In this document: positions 15,982-24,178 of the stretch, piece by piece
How the letters are laid out: every line of letters begins with the position of its first letter
How positions within the stretch are numbered: the first letter of the stretch is position 1
Translations under genes and position numbers: made by a program
Notes under the pieces: model-generated
The model's input: only the letters and a program-made list of their open reading frames with translations
What the model was told of the DNA's origin: nothing
The model's database searches: none
Assembly (NCBI GenBank): GCA_035655435.1
Contig: DASRUN010000017.1
Location: 1 to 46,781 of the forward strand
Direction of reading: 5' to 3'
DNA: 46,781 nucleotides
From: an archaeon
Lineage (GTDB): Archaea > Iainarchaeota > Iainarchaeia > Iainarchaeales > Iainarchaeaceae

Positions 15982-16084
15982 GCGAGAGTAGTATAGCGGT
16001 AGTACGCTGCCTTGCCACGGAAATTCTTTAGATTAAGTTTTCTGCAAAAAGGCTGCAGCCCGGGTTCGATTCCCGGCTCTCGCA
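15982..16084 (+). tRNA. tRNA-Gly (anticodon GCC) with a 32-nt canonical-position intron (16018-16049)
   Basis: The acceptor pairs GCGAGAG with CTCTCGC. The D arm is GTAT-AGCGGTA-GTAC. The anticodon stem pairs CTGCC with GGCTG (one U-U mismatch). The anticodon GCC sits at 16014-16016. The T arm is CCGGG-TTCGATT-CCCGG. The intron lies between positions 37 and 38 and shows a recognisable bulge-helix-bulge: central helix TTGC/GCAA with 3-nt bulges CAC and AAA. Confidence 0.8.
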
Positions 16085-16120
16085 TACAAACTTATTTACT
16101 AGAAGAGTTTTATTGTTTAA

Positions 16121-16699
16121 ATGACACGAATTGGCATCCATGCATCTCCTCAAAATAGACACAAAGAAATTCAAATGAAAGGATTAGTTAGACAACCATT
16201 TTGGAGGAGCCAAATACCGGTCAGACAACCAAGAAAATTTAAATGGAAATATGATCCGTTCTCATATGACATAACCGGGAAAACAAAGGAACAAATTGAA
16301 ACAGCAGTATATGAATCACTAAAGGCAGCTAATCTTCACATTACCAAAAGAGGAAGAGGCAGATTCAGATTGGAAAAAATCAAACTGTACTTGGTGGATT
16401 TAGAACAGGCAAATATAAAAACGAGCAAGCTTAAAGCCGCAAAAATTCGAATAGGTTGGAAAAAATCAAGCGCAATAAATATTGGTGAAATTGATGAACA
16501 TACTTTGGAAGCTCCGGCTCATGCACTAAAACAAGTTAACCTTAGCCCTGAAATAATTAATGATATTTTTAAACAAACAAGTAACATGCATTGGTTTGAA
16601 GCTAATAGAAAAATGTCAAAAATAATTACAGAACTGCTTTTGAAGGAATATTTATCAAAAAAAGCAAAAACTAGAGAAATTGGTTCAGCCAGTAGGTGA
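16121..16699 (+). CDS. hypothetical basic protein
   Basis: 192 aa. I recognise no family. A TATA-like CTTATTTA lies about 23 nt upstream. The 3' end overlaps the convergent tmk gene by 29 nt. Confidence 0.4.
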   Translation: MTRIGIHASPQNRHKEIQMKGLVRQPFWRSQIPVRQPRKFKWKYDPFSYDITGKTKEQIETAVYESLKAANLHITKRGRGRFRLEKIKLYLVDLEQANIKTSKLKAAKIRIGWKKSSAINIGEIDEHTLEAPAHALKQVNLSPEIINDIFKQTSNMHWFEANRKMSKIITELLLKEYLSKKAKTREIGSASR

Positions 16700-17282
16700 T
16701 CTGCTTCTTAACTTCCTTAATACTTTTAGAAGCATCAACAATGTGAATATTTTCTTCAGGAAAAATTTCTTTCAAGGAAAGGAAACCGTTTCTCACTTTT
16801 TCCAAAAAATCTTTTTTCTCAAAAGAATCCAATTGCTTTCTTTTTGAAATTCGCTCCAATGCGGTTTTGGCGGGAACATCAAGGATAAAAATCAAATCCG
16901 GAACAGGCATTCCCTCATGTAATTTTTTTATTTTTTCAACAGGAATTCCTTGCAAAGCCTGGTAAACAAAAGTGCTGTACTTGTAGCGGTCGCACAAAAT
17001 TATTTTGTTTTCTTTCAACGCGGGAAGCAATTCTTTCTCAATATGCTCTTTCCGATCCGCAACATACAAATCCAAAAACTGTGGAGCGTTTAACTCAGGT
17101 TTTGGAGAGGTCTTGAGAAGCTCGCGAACTTTTTTCCCGTAAAAACCATTGGTTGGTTCAGCAGTTACAAAAATGTCCTTTTGAGAAACACCATTTTGAA
17201 GAAGAAAACTCTTTGTTTCTTTAATTATTGTTCCTTTGCCGGAACCGTCAATTCCCTCAAAAACAATGAAAAGCGGTTTCAT
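16671..17282 (-). CDS. tmk: thymidylate kinase
   Basis: This is ORF 16671..17324 trimmed to MKPLFIVFEGIDGSGKGT (P-loop). It also carries the DRY motif (LCDRYKYST) and a lid region. Confidence 0.85.
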   Translation of the reverse strand: MKPLFIVFEGIDGSGKGTIIKETKSFLLQNGVSQKDIFVTAEPTNGFYGKKVRELLKTSPKPELNAPQFLDLYVADRKEHIEKELLPALKENKIILCDRYKYSTFVYQALQGIPVEKIKKLHEGMPVPDLIFILDVPAKTALERISKRKQLDSFEKKDFLEKVRNGFLSLKEIFPEENIHIVDASKSIKEVKKQITYWLNQFL

Positions 17283-17382
17283 GAAAGAAAAAAGGCATAA
17301 AACTGTTTTAAAGGCAAACAGCAAAAAGCATGAATTTTAAAGCGTTGCCAAAGAAGAATAAATTAACCGTAATCACAATACA

Positions 17383-17453
17383 GCAGTCGTCGTCTAGTGG
17401 TAGGATCAGAGCCTTCCAAGCTCTTGGCCGGGGTTCAAATCCCCGCGACTGCA
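17383..17453 (+). tRNA. tRNA-Gly (anticodon TCC)
   Basis: The acceptor pairs GCAGTCG with CGACTGC. The D arm is GTCT-AGTGGTA-GGAT. The anticodon stem pairs AGAGC with GCTCT around the loop CTTCCAA. The T arm is CGGGG-TTCAAAT-CCCCG. Confidence 0.9.
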
Positions 17454-17570
17454 TATCCACTCTGCAAGGTTTTGCCTCATTCAATAAATTTAACGGCAAA
17501 AAAGCTTAATAGCAAGAAAGCGATTCTTTTTTTATGACAAGAGTTACACGCTGGTTTTGCAGCGGGAAAG

Positions 17571-18137
17571 GTGAATGATTTGTTTAGAAAAGAATTTGCA
17601 ATAAGAGGCAGACCTGGAGAGGTTGAAATAACACCAAGAAAAACACATGCAAACGATCTCAGATACAAATACAGGAGAAGGCATGGAGAAGAAAACCCCG
17701 CACTAAGAATACGCATTGGAACATCTGAGATTGTAGGAGTGCAAATGAAAGTGAAGGGCGCACATGAAGGCGGAATAATTATTGACGGCTCACATCAAGG
17801 AAAACAATTTTTTGCTAATGGAGAAAAGGTACTGGAAATACATGTCAACACCGTTCATCCGACAGATGCTATCAGGCTTATTGATCTTCTAATAGAGCAT
17901 CTTCCTGAAATAAAAAAAATTGGATTTTCCGGATTGTACGGCTACACGCCGACGCATGCCATTGCACAGGCATTCATAAAAAAAACAAAAGGAAACGTGT
18001 ACGAAGCGGAAGAGGTAATTGTTACGGAAGATGAAAAGGCGAACGCAAAAAGATATTACAAAGCAAGAATTCCGAAACACGGTTTTCCACAAGAGCACTT
18101 GCAAAATGAAGTAATTGGGGTGGCAATCAAATTCTGA
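17571..18137 (+). CDS. hypothetical protein
   Basis: 188 aa. It has a GTG start preceded by an SD-like GGGAAAGG. I recognise no family. Confidence 0.45.
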   Translation: MNDLFRKEFAIRGRPGEVEITPRKTHANDLRYKYRRRHGEENPALRIRIGTSEIVGVQMKVKGAHEGGIIIDGSHQGKQFFANGEKVLEIHVNTVHPTDAIRLIDLLIEHLPEIKKIGFSGLYGYTPTHAIAQAFIKKTKGNVYEAEEVIVTEDEKANAKRYYKARIPKHGFPQEHLQNEVIGVAIKF

Positions 18138-18658
18138 AATTTTTTTTGGAATAAAAATAATTAGACTAAAAATTCTAAAATATTTGGTTGTTGGGTGAGG
18201 GGCTTTGAGCCCCCCAAAAATATCATGCAAAACACCTCCGGTACATGTTTAAAAAAAATAAAATTTTACAAAACAATTCTTTTTCAAACCCCAAAAATCA
18301 CCTTTTCTCCCTACCAACCACTTGGCCGTTTTCAAATCGTATGACAAGGCCTTTTCCCCGACTGGGCAGTCCTCTTTTTTTGTTTCTTGCATTTCTCATT
18401 TTTGCAATCATATAATCAAACTCCAAACACATTGCACCTTGAGAGATTAATATAAATGACGACCAGCAAACCCTGAAAAAGCCACGAAAAACGGGTTTTA
18501 TAGCCAATTTGACAAGGTTTGGACAAAAAAACAAGAGAAATAAAACAAAAATGCGAAAAAACCTAGAATTTTACAAATCATGCCCAAAAATGACCAGAAT
18601 CCTTGAAAATCGCACAAAAATGTAATATTTTTATATGTTTTGTAATGTTTTCAGTATA

Positions 18659-19366
18659 ATGCTAAAAGTTAATGGAAATGGAAACTCACTCTCGGAAGAG
18701 ATAAGGAAAGAAATAGATGTTCTCCCTCACGCAAAAATGTCGCTTGCTGAGGGCATTGTGAACTATTCCGCGCTCGCAAGAAAAATGCTCCCGGACCTTG
18801 AAAAAAAATTCGGAAAAAAACTCAACGAAGAATCAATCATTGTTGCAATCAAAAGATATGCGGATGAATTGGACAAAGATCAGCCCTATGTTTCTTACAT
18901 AGACTCATTTGCACAAGCACAAATAGTCCTTCAGGATAACATGTGCTATAGTCATTTCAAAAAAACAAAAAACGTTGTTGCTAAAGTAGATGAATTATTT
19001 GCAAAAGAAGACTGGAACATGGGCGAAATGCGCGTGTTGATACACGGAGCAGATCAAGTGATGACAATAATGAAAGAGAATAGAATACGAGATCTGTTGG
19101 AAGAATTATCGGATGATGTAATTTATTCTCTCAAAAATAATTCGCTTGTAACAATGACAATGCCGTTTGAATCGTTTGGCGTTTACGGAATCATAGCGGA
19201 AATGACGTCATTGTTGGCAAAAAAAGGAATCAACATAGAATTGCTTAGCAGCCCGCCCGACATACACTTTTTAGTGGATGAAAAAGACGCGGAAAGGGCT
19301 TATTCCGCACTCAGAAAACTCATAAATGATTCCAAAGAAGCACAAAAAGCAGCAAAAGGAAAGTAA
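18659..19366 (+). CDS. ACT-domain-containing regulatory protein (archaeal COG2150-like)
   Basis: This is ORF 18635..19366 trimmed to MLKVNGNG.... A TATA box TTTTTATAT lies about 23 nt upstream. The C-terminal segment GVYGIIAEMTSLLAKKGINIELLSSPPDIHFLVDEKDAERAYSAL looks ACT-like. Confidence 0.55.
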   Translation: MLKVNGNGNSLSEEIRKEIDVLPHAKMSLAEGIVNYSALARKMLPDLEKKFGKKLNEESIIVAIKRYADELDKDQPYVSYIDSFAQAQIVLQDNMCYSHFKKTKNVVAKVDELFAKEDWNMGEMRVLIHGADQVMTIMKENRIRDLLEELSDDVIYSLKNNSLVTMTMPFESFGVYGIIAEMTSLLAKKGINIELLSSPPDIHFLVDEKDAERAYSALRKLINDSKEAQKAAKGK

Positions 19367-19398
19367 TAATAAAATAACAAAGCCCAAAACTATTTCTA

Positions 19399-19707
19399 AT
19401 GAAACACACAAAAATGCAGGAATTGGCTCTCGAAAGAATTTACAGATTATTCGAGCTCGCGGAAAATGAACAAGCGAAAAAACCTGAGAGAAACAAAAGG
19501 TATATTGGAATAGCAATTGAAATCGGAAAAAAAACAAGGGCACGAATTCCGGAAGAACTCAAAACAAAATACTGCAAAAAATGCAAATCATATTTGAACA
19601 AAAAAAATTCAAAAATTTCTGTGAACGGAACACTGATAACGGTTAAATGCTTGGAATGCGGGTTTGAGAGAAAGACCGGGAAAAAAGAGCAAAAACAACG
19701 TTTTTAA
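19399..19707 (+). CDS. rnp4: RNase P protein component 4 (Rpp21/Rpr2 family)
   Basis: It has an N-terminal helical segment (ALERIYRLFELAE...RYIGIAIEIGKKTRARIP). It also has a zinc ribbon (YCKKCKSYL...VKCLECGF). Confidence 0.8.
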   Translation: MKHTKMQELALERIYRLFELAENEQAKKPERNKRYIGIAIEIGKKTRARIPEELKTKYCKKCKSYLNKKNSKISVNGTLITVKCLECGFERKTGKKEQKQRF

Positions 19708-19920
19708 AGGTTTCCAAATCGAGAATAGTAGTAACTTCTAATTTTACAATTAGGAGTTCGCCGCTAAAAACGGCTAGAACATTTGATTTTCGCTCCGCAA
19801 GGAGAAACACGAAATCAAATCCAAAAAAAACAAGGTGAAAATTAAAATGTATTTGAATATTGTGAAAAAACATTACGTGGGACTGAAAGTCGCACACCTC
19901 ACTAGCAGAGGTGTCCGCTA

Positions 19921-20541
19921 ATGGGTATATATGATGTGCCGGCAGACAGACTGATAGAAGCGGTAGCCAACGAGCTGAAAACAAAAATACAACAGCCGGA
20001 ATTCACAAAATACATCAAAACCGGAGCACATAGAGAAAGAGCACCACAAAGAAGCGACTGGTTCTTCATGAGAAACGCAAGCATCCTATACCAGCTCTAC
20101 AGACACGGAGCAACAGGAACAGGAAGCCTTAGAACTTATTACGGGGGGAGAAGAAACCGCGGAGTAAAGCCTGAACACAAAAAAAAGGCAAGCGGAAAAA
20201 TAATCAGAGTATGCCTCCAAAACCTCGAGAAGCAGGGGCTCTTGAAAAAAGACAAAAAAGGAAGAGCGGTAACGGGAAAAGGAGAAAAGCTACTTTACGC
20301 AAAAGCAAAAGAAATTGAAATTATTTTTAAAGAAGAAATAAAGAAACAAGAGGAAGAAAAAGTACAGAGAATGGAAAAAGCAAAACAAAACATTGAAAAA
20401 GCAATGAAAGAAAGAAAAGAAAAAGAAGAAAAATTAAAACAGAAAAAAGAAGCCGAACTAAAGGCAAAAGAAGAAACAAAAGAACAACCAAAAAGCGATG
20501 AAAATGAGCGAAGAGGAAAACCTGAAGCAAAAAAAGCTTGA
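19921..20541 (+). CDS. rps19e: 30S ribosomal protein S19e with a K/E-rich C-terminal extension
   Basis: The sequence YDVPADRLIEAVANELK...PEFTKYIKTGAHRERAPQRSDWFFMRNASILYQLY...GGRRNRGVKPEH is an S19e signature. About 65 extra K/E-rich residues follow. Confidence 0.9.
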   Translation: MGIYDVPADRLIEAVANELKTKIQQPEFTKYIKTGAHRERAPQRSDWFFMRNASILYQLYRHGATGTGSLRTYYGGRRNRGVKPEHKKKASGKIIRVCLQNLEKQGLLKKDKKGRAVTGKGEKLLYAKAKEIEIIFKEEIKKQEEEKVQRMEKAKQNIEKAMKERKEKEEKLKQKKEAELKAKEETKEQPKSDENERRGKPEAKKA

Positions 20542-20824
20542 AGAATTACAAGAAAAAATGAGAAAACAACAGGAGACGCAGCAGCAGGAACTTGAAAGAG
20601 AAAGCCAGATGCAAAGCATGTTGAAACGCTACCTCGATGAGGAAGCAAGACAGCGGCTAAGCAATGTAAGGCTTGTAAACAAAGAACTTTACACAAAAGC
20701 TTTCAAAGCAATAATGATGATGATGCAAAGAGGTTATGTTCAGGGAAAATTGAACGAAGCACAGGTAAAAGAAATTTTGATGAATTTGAAGGAAGATAGA
20801 GAGTTTAAGATTACAAGAAAGTGA
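20498..20824 (+). CDS. PDCD5-family dsDNA-binding protein (MTH1615-like)
   Basis: It carries ...MLKRYLDEEARQRLSNVRLVNKELYTKAFKAIMMMMQRGYVQGKLNEAQVKEIL. It holds the conserved position between rps19e and rpl39e. The exact start (20498 or 20504) is uncertain. Confidence 0.75.
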   Translation: MKMSEEENLKQKKLEELQEKMRKQQETQQQELERESQMQSMLKRYLDEEARQRLSNVRLVNKELYTKAFKAIMMMMQRGYVQGKLNEAQVKEILMNLKEDREFKITRK

Positions 20825-20831
20825 TTTGAAA

Positions 20832-21098
20832 ATGGGAAAAAAAGATCAGGAAGAAAAAGAATTTTTAATCAGCTCCAGAAAATCAATCGGAGCGGGCTTA
20901 ACTAACGCGCCGGTTTGGATACTTCAAAAAGCCGGAAAAAGAATCTGGAACAAACGCGGAAAAAGACACTGGAGACAAACAAAATTAGGATTAGTATTCC
21001 AAAGAAAACAGAAACAACAGGGAAAAATCAGGAACGCCCAAAAATGGAAAAGCGGAAAAAGAGCAAAAACCGCGCTCCACAAAAGAGGCGATAAGTAA
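20832..21098 (+). CDS. rpl39e: 50S ribosomal protein L39e with a basic C-terminal extension
   Basis: It carries ...NAPVWILQKAGKRIWNKRGKRHWRQTKLG, the L39e core. About 35 extra basic residues follow. A TAATG overlap joins it to rpl31e. Confidence 0.8.
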   Translation: MGKKDQEEKEFLISSRKSIGAGLTNAPVWILQKAGKRIWNKRGKRHWRQTKLGLVFQRKQKQQGKIRNAQKWKSGKRAKTALHKRGDK

Positions 21099-21541
21099 TG
21101 AAAGGCGAACAAGCAGAATACACAATAGCACTAAGGAATGCATTCATGTTCCCGCCAAAAAAAAGAATAAGAAAAGCACTTAACGTAATCATCAGATTTG
21201 CGGAAAAACACGCAAGAGCAAAAGAAATCAAAATAAGCACGGAAGTAAACGAATACTTACACGAAAATTCTAAAAATTTGCCGAGAAAAGTTAATGCAAT
21301 TCTACTTAAAGAAGAAAACAAAATAACGGTTTTTTTGCAGGAAGGAACACAATTGAAAACTTATAAGGAAAATAAAGAAAAAACAAAAAAAGAAACCGAG
21401 AAGAAAAAGAAAGAAGAAAAAGGAAAAGAGAAGAAAGAAGACACTGGCGAAGACAAAGAACAGAAAGAAAAGCTTGAAGACAAAAAGGAAAAAGAAAAAG
21501 CCGGACACGCGAGCTCAATAAAAAGAAAAACAAACAAATAA
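21098..21541 (+). CDS. rpl31e: 50S ribosomal protein L31e with a K/E-rich C-terminal extension
   Basis: YTIALRNAFMFPPKKRIRKALNVIIRFAEKHARAKEIKISTEVNEYL is the L31e core. The tail reads KEKTKKETEKKKKEEKGKEKKED.... Confidence 0.85.
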   Translation: MKGEQAEYTIALRNAFMFPPKKRIRKALNVIIRFAEKHARAKEIKISTEVNEYLHENSKNLPRKVNAILLKEENKITVFLQEGTQLKTYKENKEKTKKETEKKKKEEKGKEKKEDTGEDKEQKEKLEDKKEKEKAGHASSIKRKTNK

Positions 21542-21557
21542 AAAAAAGTGATTTTGA

Positions 21558-22223
21558 TTGAATTTTGCAAAGGGCACGGTTAAAAGCAGCCCTTACGTGG
21601 GGGTTTTCGCTTCAACAACAGACGAAATCTGCTTAATACCTCATTCCATACTTCCAAAAGAGCACAAACAGCTCGAAACAGAACTTGACACTAAAACGCT
21701 GAAAGTAAACCTTGGGGGAACTTCTCTGTTAGGAGTACTGGCAAGAGGGATTGGAAAAAAAATTGCAATAACAGGAATAGCGGAAAAACAAGAAATTAAT
21801 ATATTGGAAAAAGAAGGACTTGAGATAATGGTTTTGGAAGATTATAGTTCCGCAGGAAACCTAATTGCAATGAACAAAAACGGCGGAATAGTAAGCCCGC
21901 TTATAGCTGATAAAAACGTTAAAAAATTGGAAACGTTTTTTGACATAAAATTCCACAAAATAGGCATAGCAGGCCTTGATGTGCCCGGATCATGCGTGAC
22001 AGTAACAAATAAAGGCTTTATCTGCCACCCAAATACTAGCGAAGAAGAGTTCACAAAACTCGAAAAAATCTTCAAAGTAAAAGGAATGGCAACAACATCC
22101 AATTACGGAGATTTATTCGTTTCAAACAGTGTAGTAGCAAACACAAAAGGAGTAATAGCCGGAGCAAACACATCCGGAATAGAACTTGGAAAAATAGACG
22201 AAGGATTAAGAGGAGAAGAATAA
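21558..22223 (+). CDS. eif6: translation initiation factor 6 (aIF6)
   Basis: 221 aa showing the pentein repeat pattern (SPYVGVFASTTD, TSLLGVLARG, SSAGNLIAMNKNGGIVSP, GSCVTVTNKGFICHP, LFVSNSVVANTKGVIAG). The start codon is TTG. Confidence 0.85.
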   Translation: MNFAKGTVKSSPYVGVFASTTDEICLIPHSILPKEHKQLETELDTKTLKVNLGGTSLLGVLARGIGKKIAITGIAEKQEINILEKEGLEIMVLEDYSSAGNLIAMNKNGGIVSPLIADKNVKKLETFFDIKFHKIGIAGLDVPGSCVTVTNKGFICHPNTSEEEFTKLEKIFKVKGMATTSNYGDLFVSNSVVANTKGVIAGANTSGIELGKIDEGLRGEE

Positions 22224-22225
22224 AA

Positions 22226-22411
22226 ATGAACGAAAAAACATTTACTATAGGCGGAACATACAAAGAAAAAAGAGGACTGAAAATATTCCTCAAAAAAGTA
22301 AAAGCGGTTAACCAGAACTTTGCCAAAGAAAAAACTTATTCAGAAATAGGATCAAAACACAAAGTGAAAAGAAACCAAGTGAAAATAAAAACAGTTGAAG
22401 AAACAAAGTGA
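22226..22411 (+). CDS. rplX: 50S ribosomal protein LX (L18Ae/L20A family)
   Basis: 61 aa. The sequence FTIGGTYKEKRGLKIFLKKVKAVNQNFAKEKTYSEIGSKHKVKRNQVKIKTVEE fits the LX pattern (...A.E..YS..GS.H.vkR..i.I). It holds the conserved position between eif6 and pfdA. Confidence 0.7.
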   Translation: MNEKTFTIGGTYKEKRGLKIFLKKVKAVNQNFAKEKTYSEIGSKHKVKRNQVKIKTVEETK

Positions 22412-22416
22412 AAAAA

Positions 22417-22857
22417 ATGGCGGAAGAAAAAACCAATGTCAGAATAACCGGAAACCAACTATTGCAAATGGCAAACCAGGAAAGACAAAAGCTCGAGAGT
22501 ATCAACAACAAAGTTCAAACACTCCAGAATTTCAGGCACGAACTTGCAGCAGCAAGAGACTCAATTGAACATCTGGGGAAAACAAAAAAAGGACAAAAAA
22601 TAATGGTTAACCTTGGCGCCGGAATCTATGTTGAAACAACACTCGAAAATACTGAAAAAGCAATTGCATCAATAACCGGAAATGTGTTCAAAGACAAAAC
22701 CTACAAAGAACTAGGGGAAATACTCAACAACAAAATAAAAAACATGGACAAAACCATTTCCAACACAGCCGAACAACAGAGAAAAGCAATTATAAGATTA
22801 AACCAAATAGAACAAGTGCTCGCGGCCGGACGAGAGCACATCCAGCAAAAACAATAA
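22417..22857 (+). CDS. pfdA: prefoldin alpha subunit
   Basis: It shows the coiled coil - beta hairpin - coiled coil layout (…GQKIMVNLGAGIYVETTLENTEKAIASITGNVF…). It holds the conserved position before ftsY. Confidence 0.75.
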   Translation: MAEEKTNVRITGNQLLQMANQERQKLESINNKVQTLQNFRHELAAARDSIEHLGKTKKGQKIMVNLGAGIYVETTLENTEKAIASITGNVFKDKTYKELGEILNNKIKNMDKTISNTAEQQRKAIIRLNQIEQVLAAGREHIQQKQ

Positions 22858-22882
22858 TTCTAGAAAACCAAATATTGCACTT

Positions 22883-24160
22883 ATGTTTGACTTTCTCAAG
22901 AAAAAAATAACTGATTTTACAGACAAACTAAAAGAAAAACTTCAGGAAAAAAAACCTGAAACACAAGAAATTCCTTTGGAAAAAGTTCCTGAAAAACCCG
23001 CGCAGAAACCAATTGAAAAGAAAAAAGCGGAAACAAAAACTCAAAAAATTACTGAAAAAAAAGAAAAGAAGAAAAAAGAGAAAAAATCTGAAGCGAAAGA
23101 AGAAATTGCACTGGAAACTGAAACTCCCGAAGAAATTTCCGAGGAAGTTGTTGAACCGGAACAGGAAGAAATAATTGAAACGGAAGAAACATCTGATGCG
23201 GAAGAGTTTGACACTGCCGGAGAAAAAAAAGAGGCCGAAGAAAAAATAAAAGAAGTTCGCGGAGAAGAAAAAAGAGAACTCAAAGCAAAAGTTGGTTTTT
23301 TCAAAAAAATAACAGGATTTATCGGCGGAAAAATAAAAATATCCGAAAACGAAACAAAAGAATTCTTCGAAGAATTCGAACTAAGTTTATTGGAATCGGA
23401 TGTTGAACAGGAAACCGCGGAAGCAATAGTAAAAGAACTCAAAGAAAGAATTGTGGGAAAAGAAATATCCTCAAAAGAAAATGTTTCTGAATTCCTGAAA
23501 CAAGAAGTTCGAGAATCTTTGAAAACAGTAATGGAAACACAAAAAATCGAATTATTGAAAATGAAACAAAAACCAATCAAAATACTTTTCATAGGACCGA
23601 ACGGAGCGGGAAAAACAACATCCATTGCAAAAATAGCAAAATACTTTTTGAATAATAAAAAAACAGTTATTATTGCGGCGGGAGATACTTTCAGAGCTGC
23701 GGCAATTGAACAATTACAGGAACATGCAGATAAGTTAGGGGTGAAACTTGTAAAGCATAATTATGGAGCCGATCCTGCAGCGGTTGGATTTGATGCGGTA
23801 AAAATGGCGGAAGCGAAAGGAATTGATGTTGTACTTATTGATTCTGCGGGAAGACAGGATACAAACAAAAATCTGCTTGAGGAAATGAAAAAAATCGAGA
23901 GAGTTGTAAAACCGGATTTGAAATTATATGTAGGAGAAGCATACACTGGGCAGGCGCTACTTGAACAGGTCGAGGAATTTGATAAAGCAATTAATTTGGA
24001 TGGATTTGTATTAACAAAAATTGATACTGATACAAAAGGCGGAACAGCAATTTCACTTTTGCACAAATTCAAAAAACCAATTTTATTTGTTGGAACCGGA
24101 CAAAGGTATGAAGATTTGCTTGAATTCAAACCGGAATTTATAATTGATAGGATATTGTGA
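22883..24160 (+). CDS. ftsY: signal recognition particle receptor FtsY
   Basis: It has a K/E-rich A domain followed by an NG domain. The NG-domain motifs are GPNGAGKTTSIAK (G1), DTFRAAA, DSAGR (G3) and TKIDTDTKGG (G4). Confidence 0.9.
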   Translation: MFDFLKKKITDFTDKLKEKLQEKKPETQEIPLEKVPEKPAQKPIEKKKAETKTQKITEKKEKKKKEKKSEAKEEIALETETPEEISEEVVEPEQEEIIETEETSDAEEFDTAGEKKEAEEKIKEVRGEEKRELKAKVGFFKKITGFIGGKIKISENETKEFFEEFELSLLESDVEQETAEAIVKELKERIVGKEISSKENVSEFLKQEVRESLKTVMETQKIELLKMKQKPIKILFIGPNGAGKTTSIAKIAKYFLNNKKTVIIAAGDTFRAAAIEQLQEHADKLGVKLVKHNYGADPAAVGFDAVKMAEAKGIDVVLIDSAGRQDTNKNLLEEMKKIERVVKPDLKLYVGEAYTGQALLEQVEEFDKAINLDGFVLTKIDTDTKGGTAISLLHKFKKPILFVGTGQRYEDLLEFKPEFIIDRIL

Positions 24161-24178
24161 AATCAATTATCTAGCAGT

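Noticed and set aside
17383-17453. tRNA-Gly(TCC) as an att site of an integrated element
   Set aside because: I found no second copy of the tRNA 3' end (e.g. GGTTCAAATCCCCGCGACTGCA) downstream and no integrase. The idea is retained only as a low-interest speculation in the findings.
17308-17716. ORFs 17308..17499 (-) and 17477..17716 (-)
   Set aside because: The first covers the tRNA-Gly(TCC) gene. The second overlaps the start of 17571..18137 and its promoter region. Neither has a recognisable motif.
20295-21570. Cluster of F/L/S-rich minus-strand ORFs (20295..20696, 20327..20530, 20924..21112, 21028..21321, 21302..21508, 21306..21533, 21361..21570)
   Set aside because: They are antisense to the AAG/GAA-rich K/E tails of S19e, L39e and L31e. 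Their poly-Phe/Leu/Ser products simply reflect poly-purine sense strands.
23041-24129. Minus-strand ORFs 23041..23625 and 23761..24129
   Set aside because: They are antisense to ftsY, which has unambiguous SRP-GTPase motifs. Their products are low-complexity and serine-rich.
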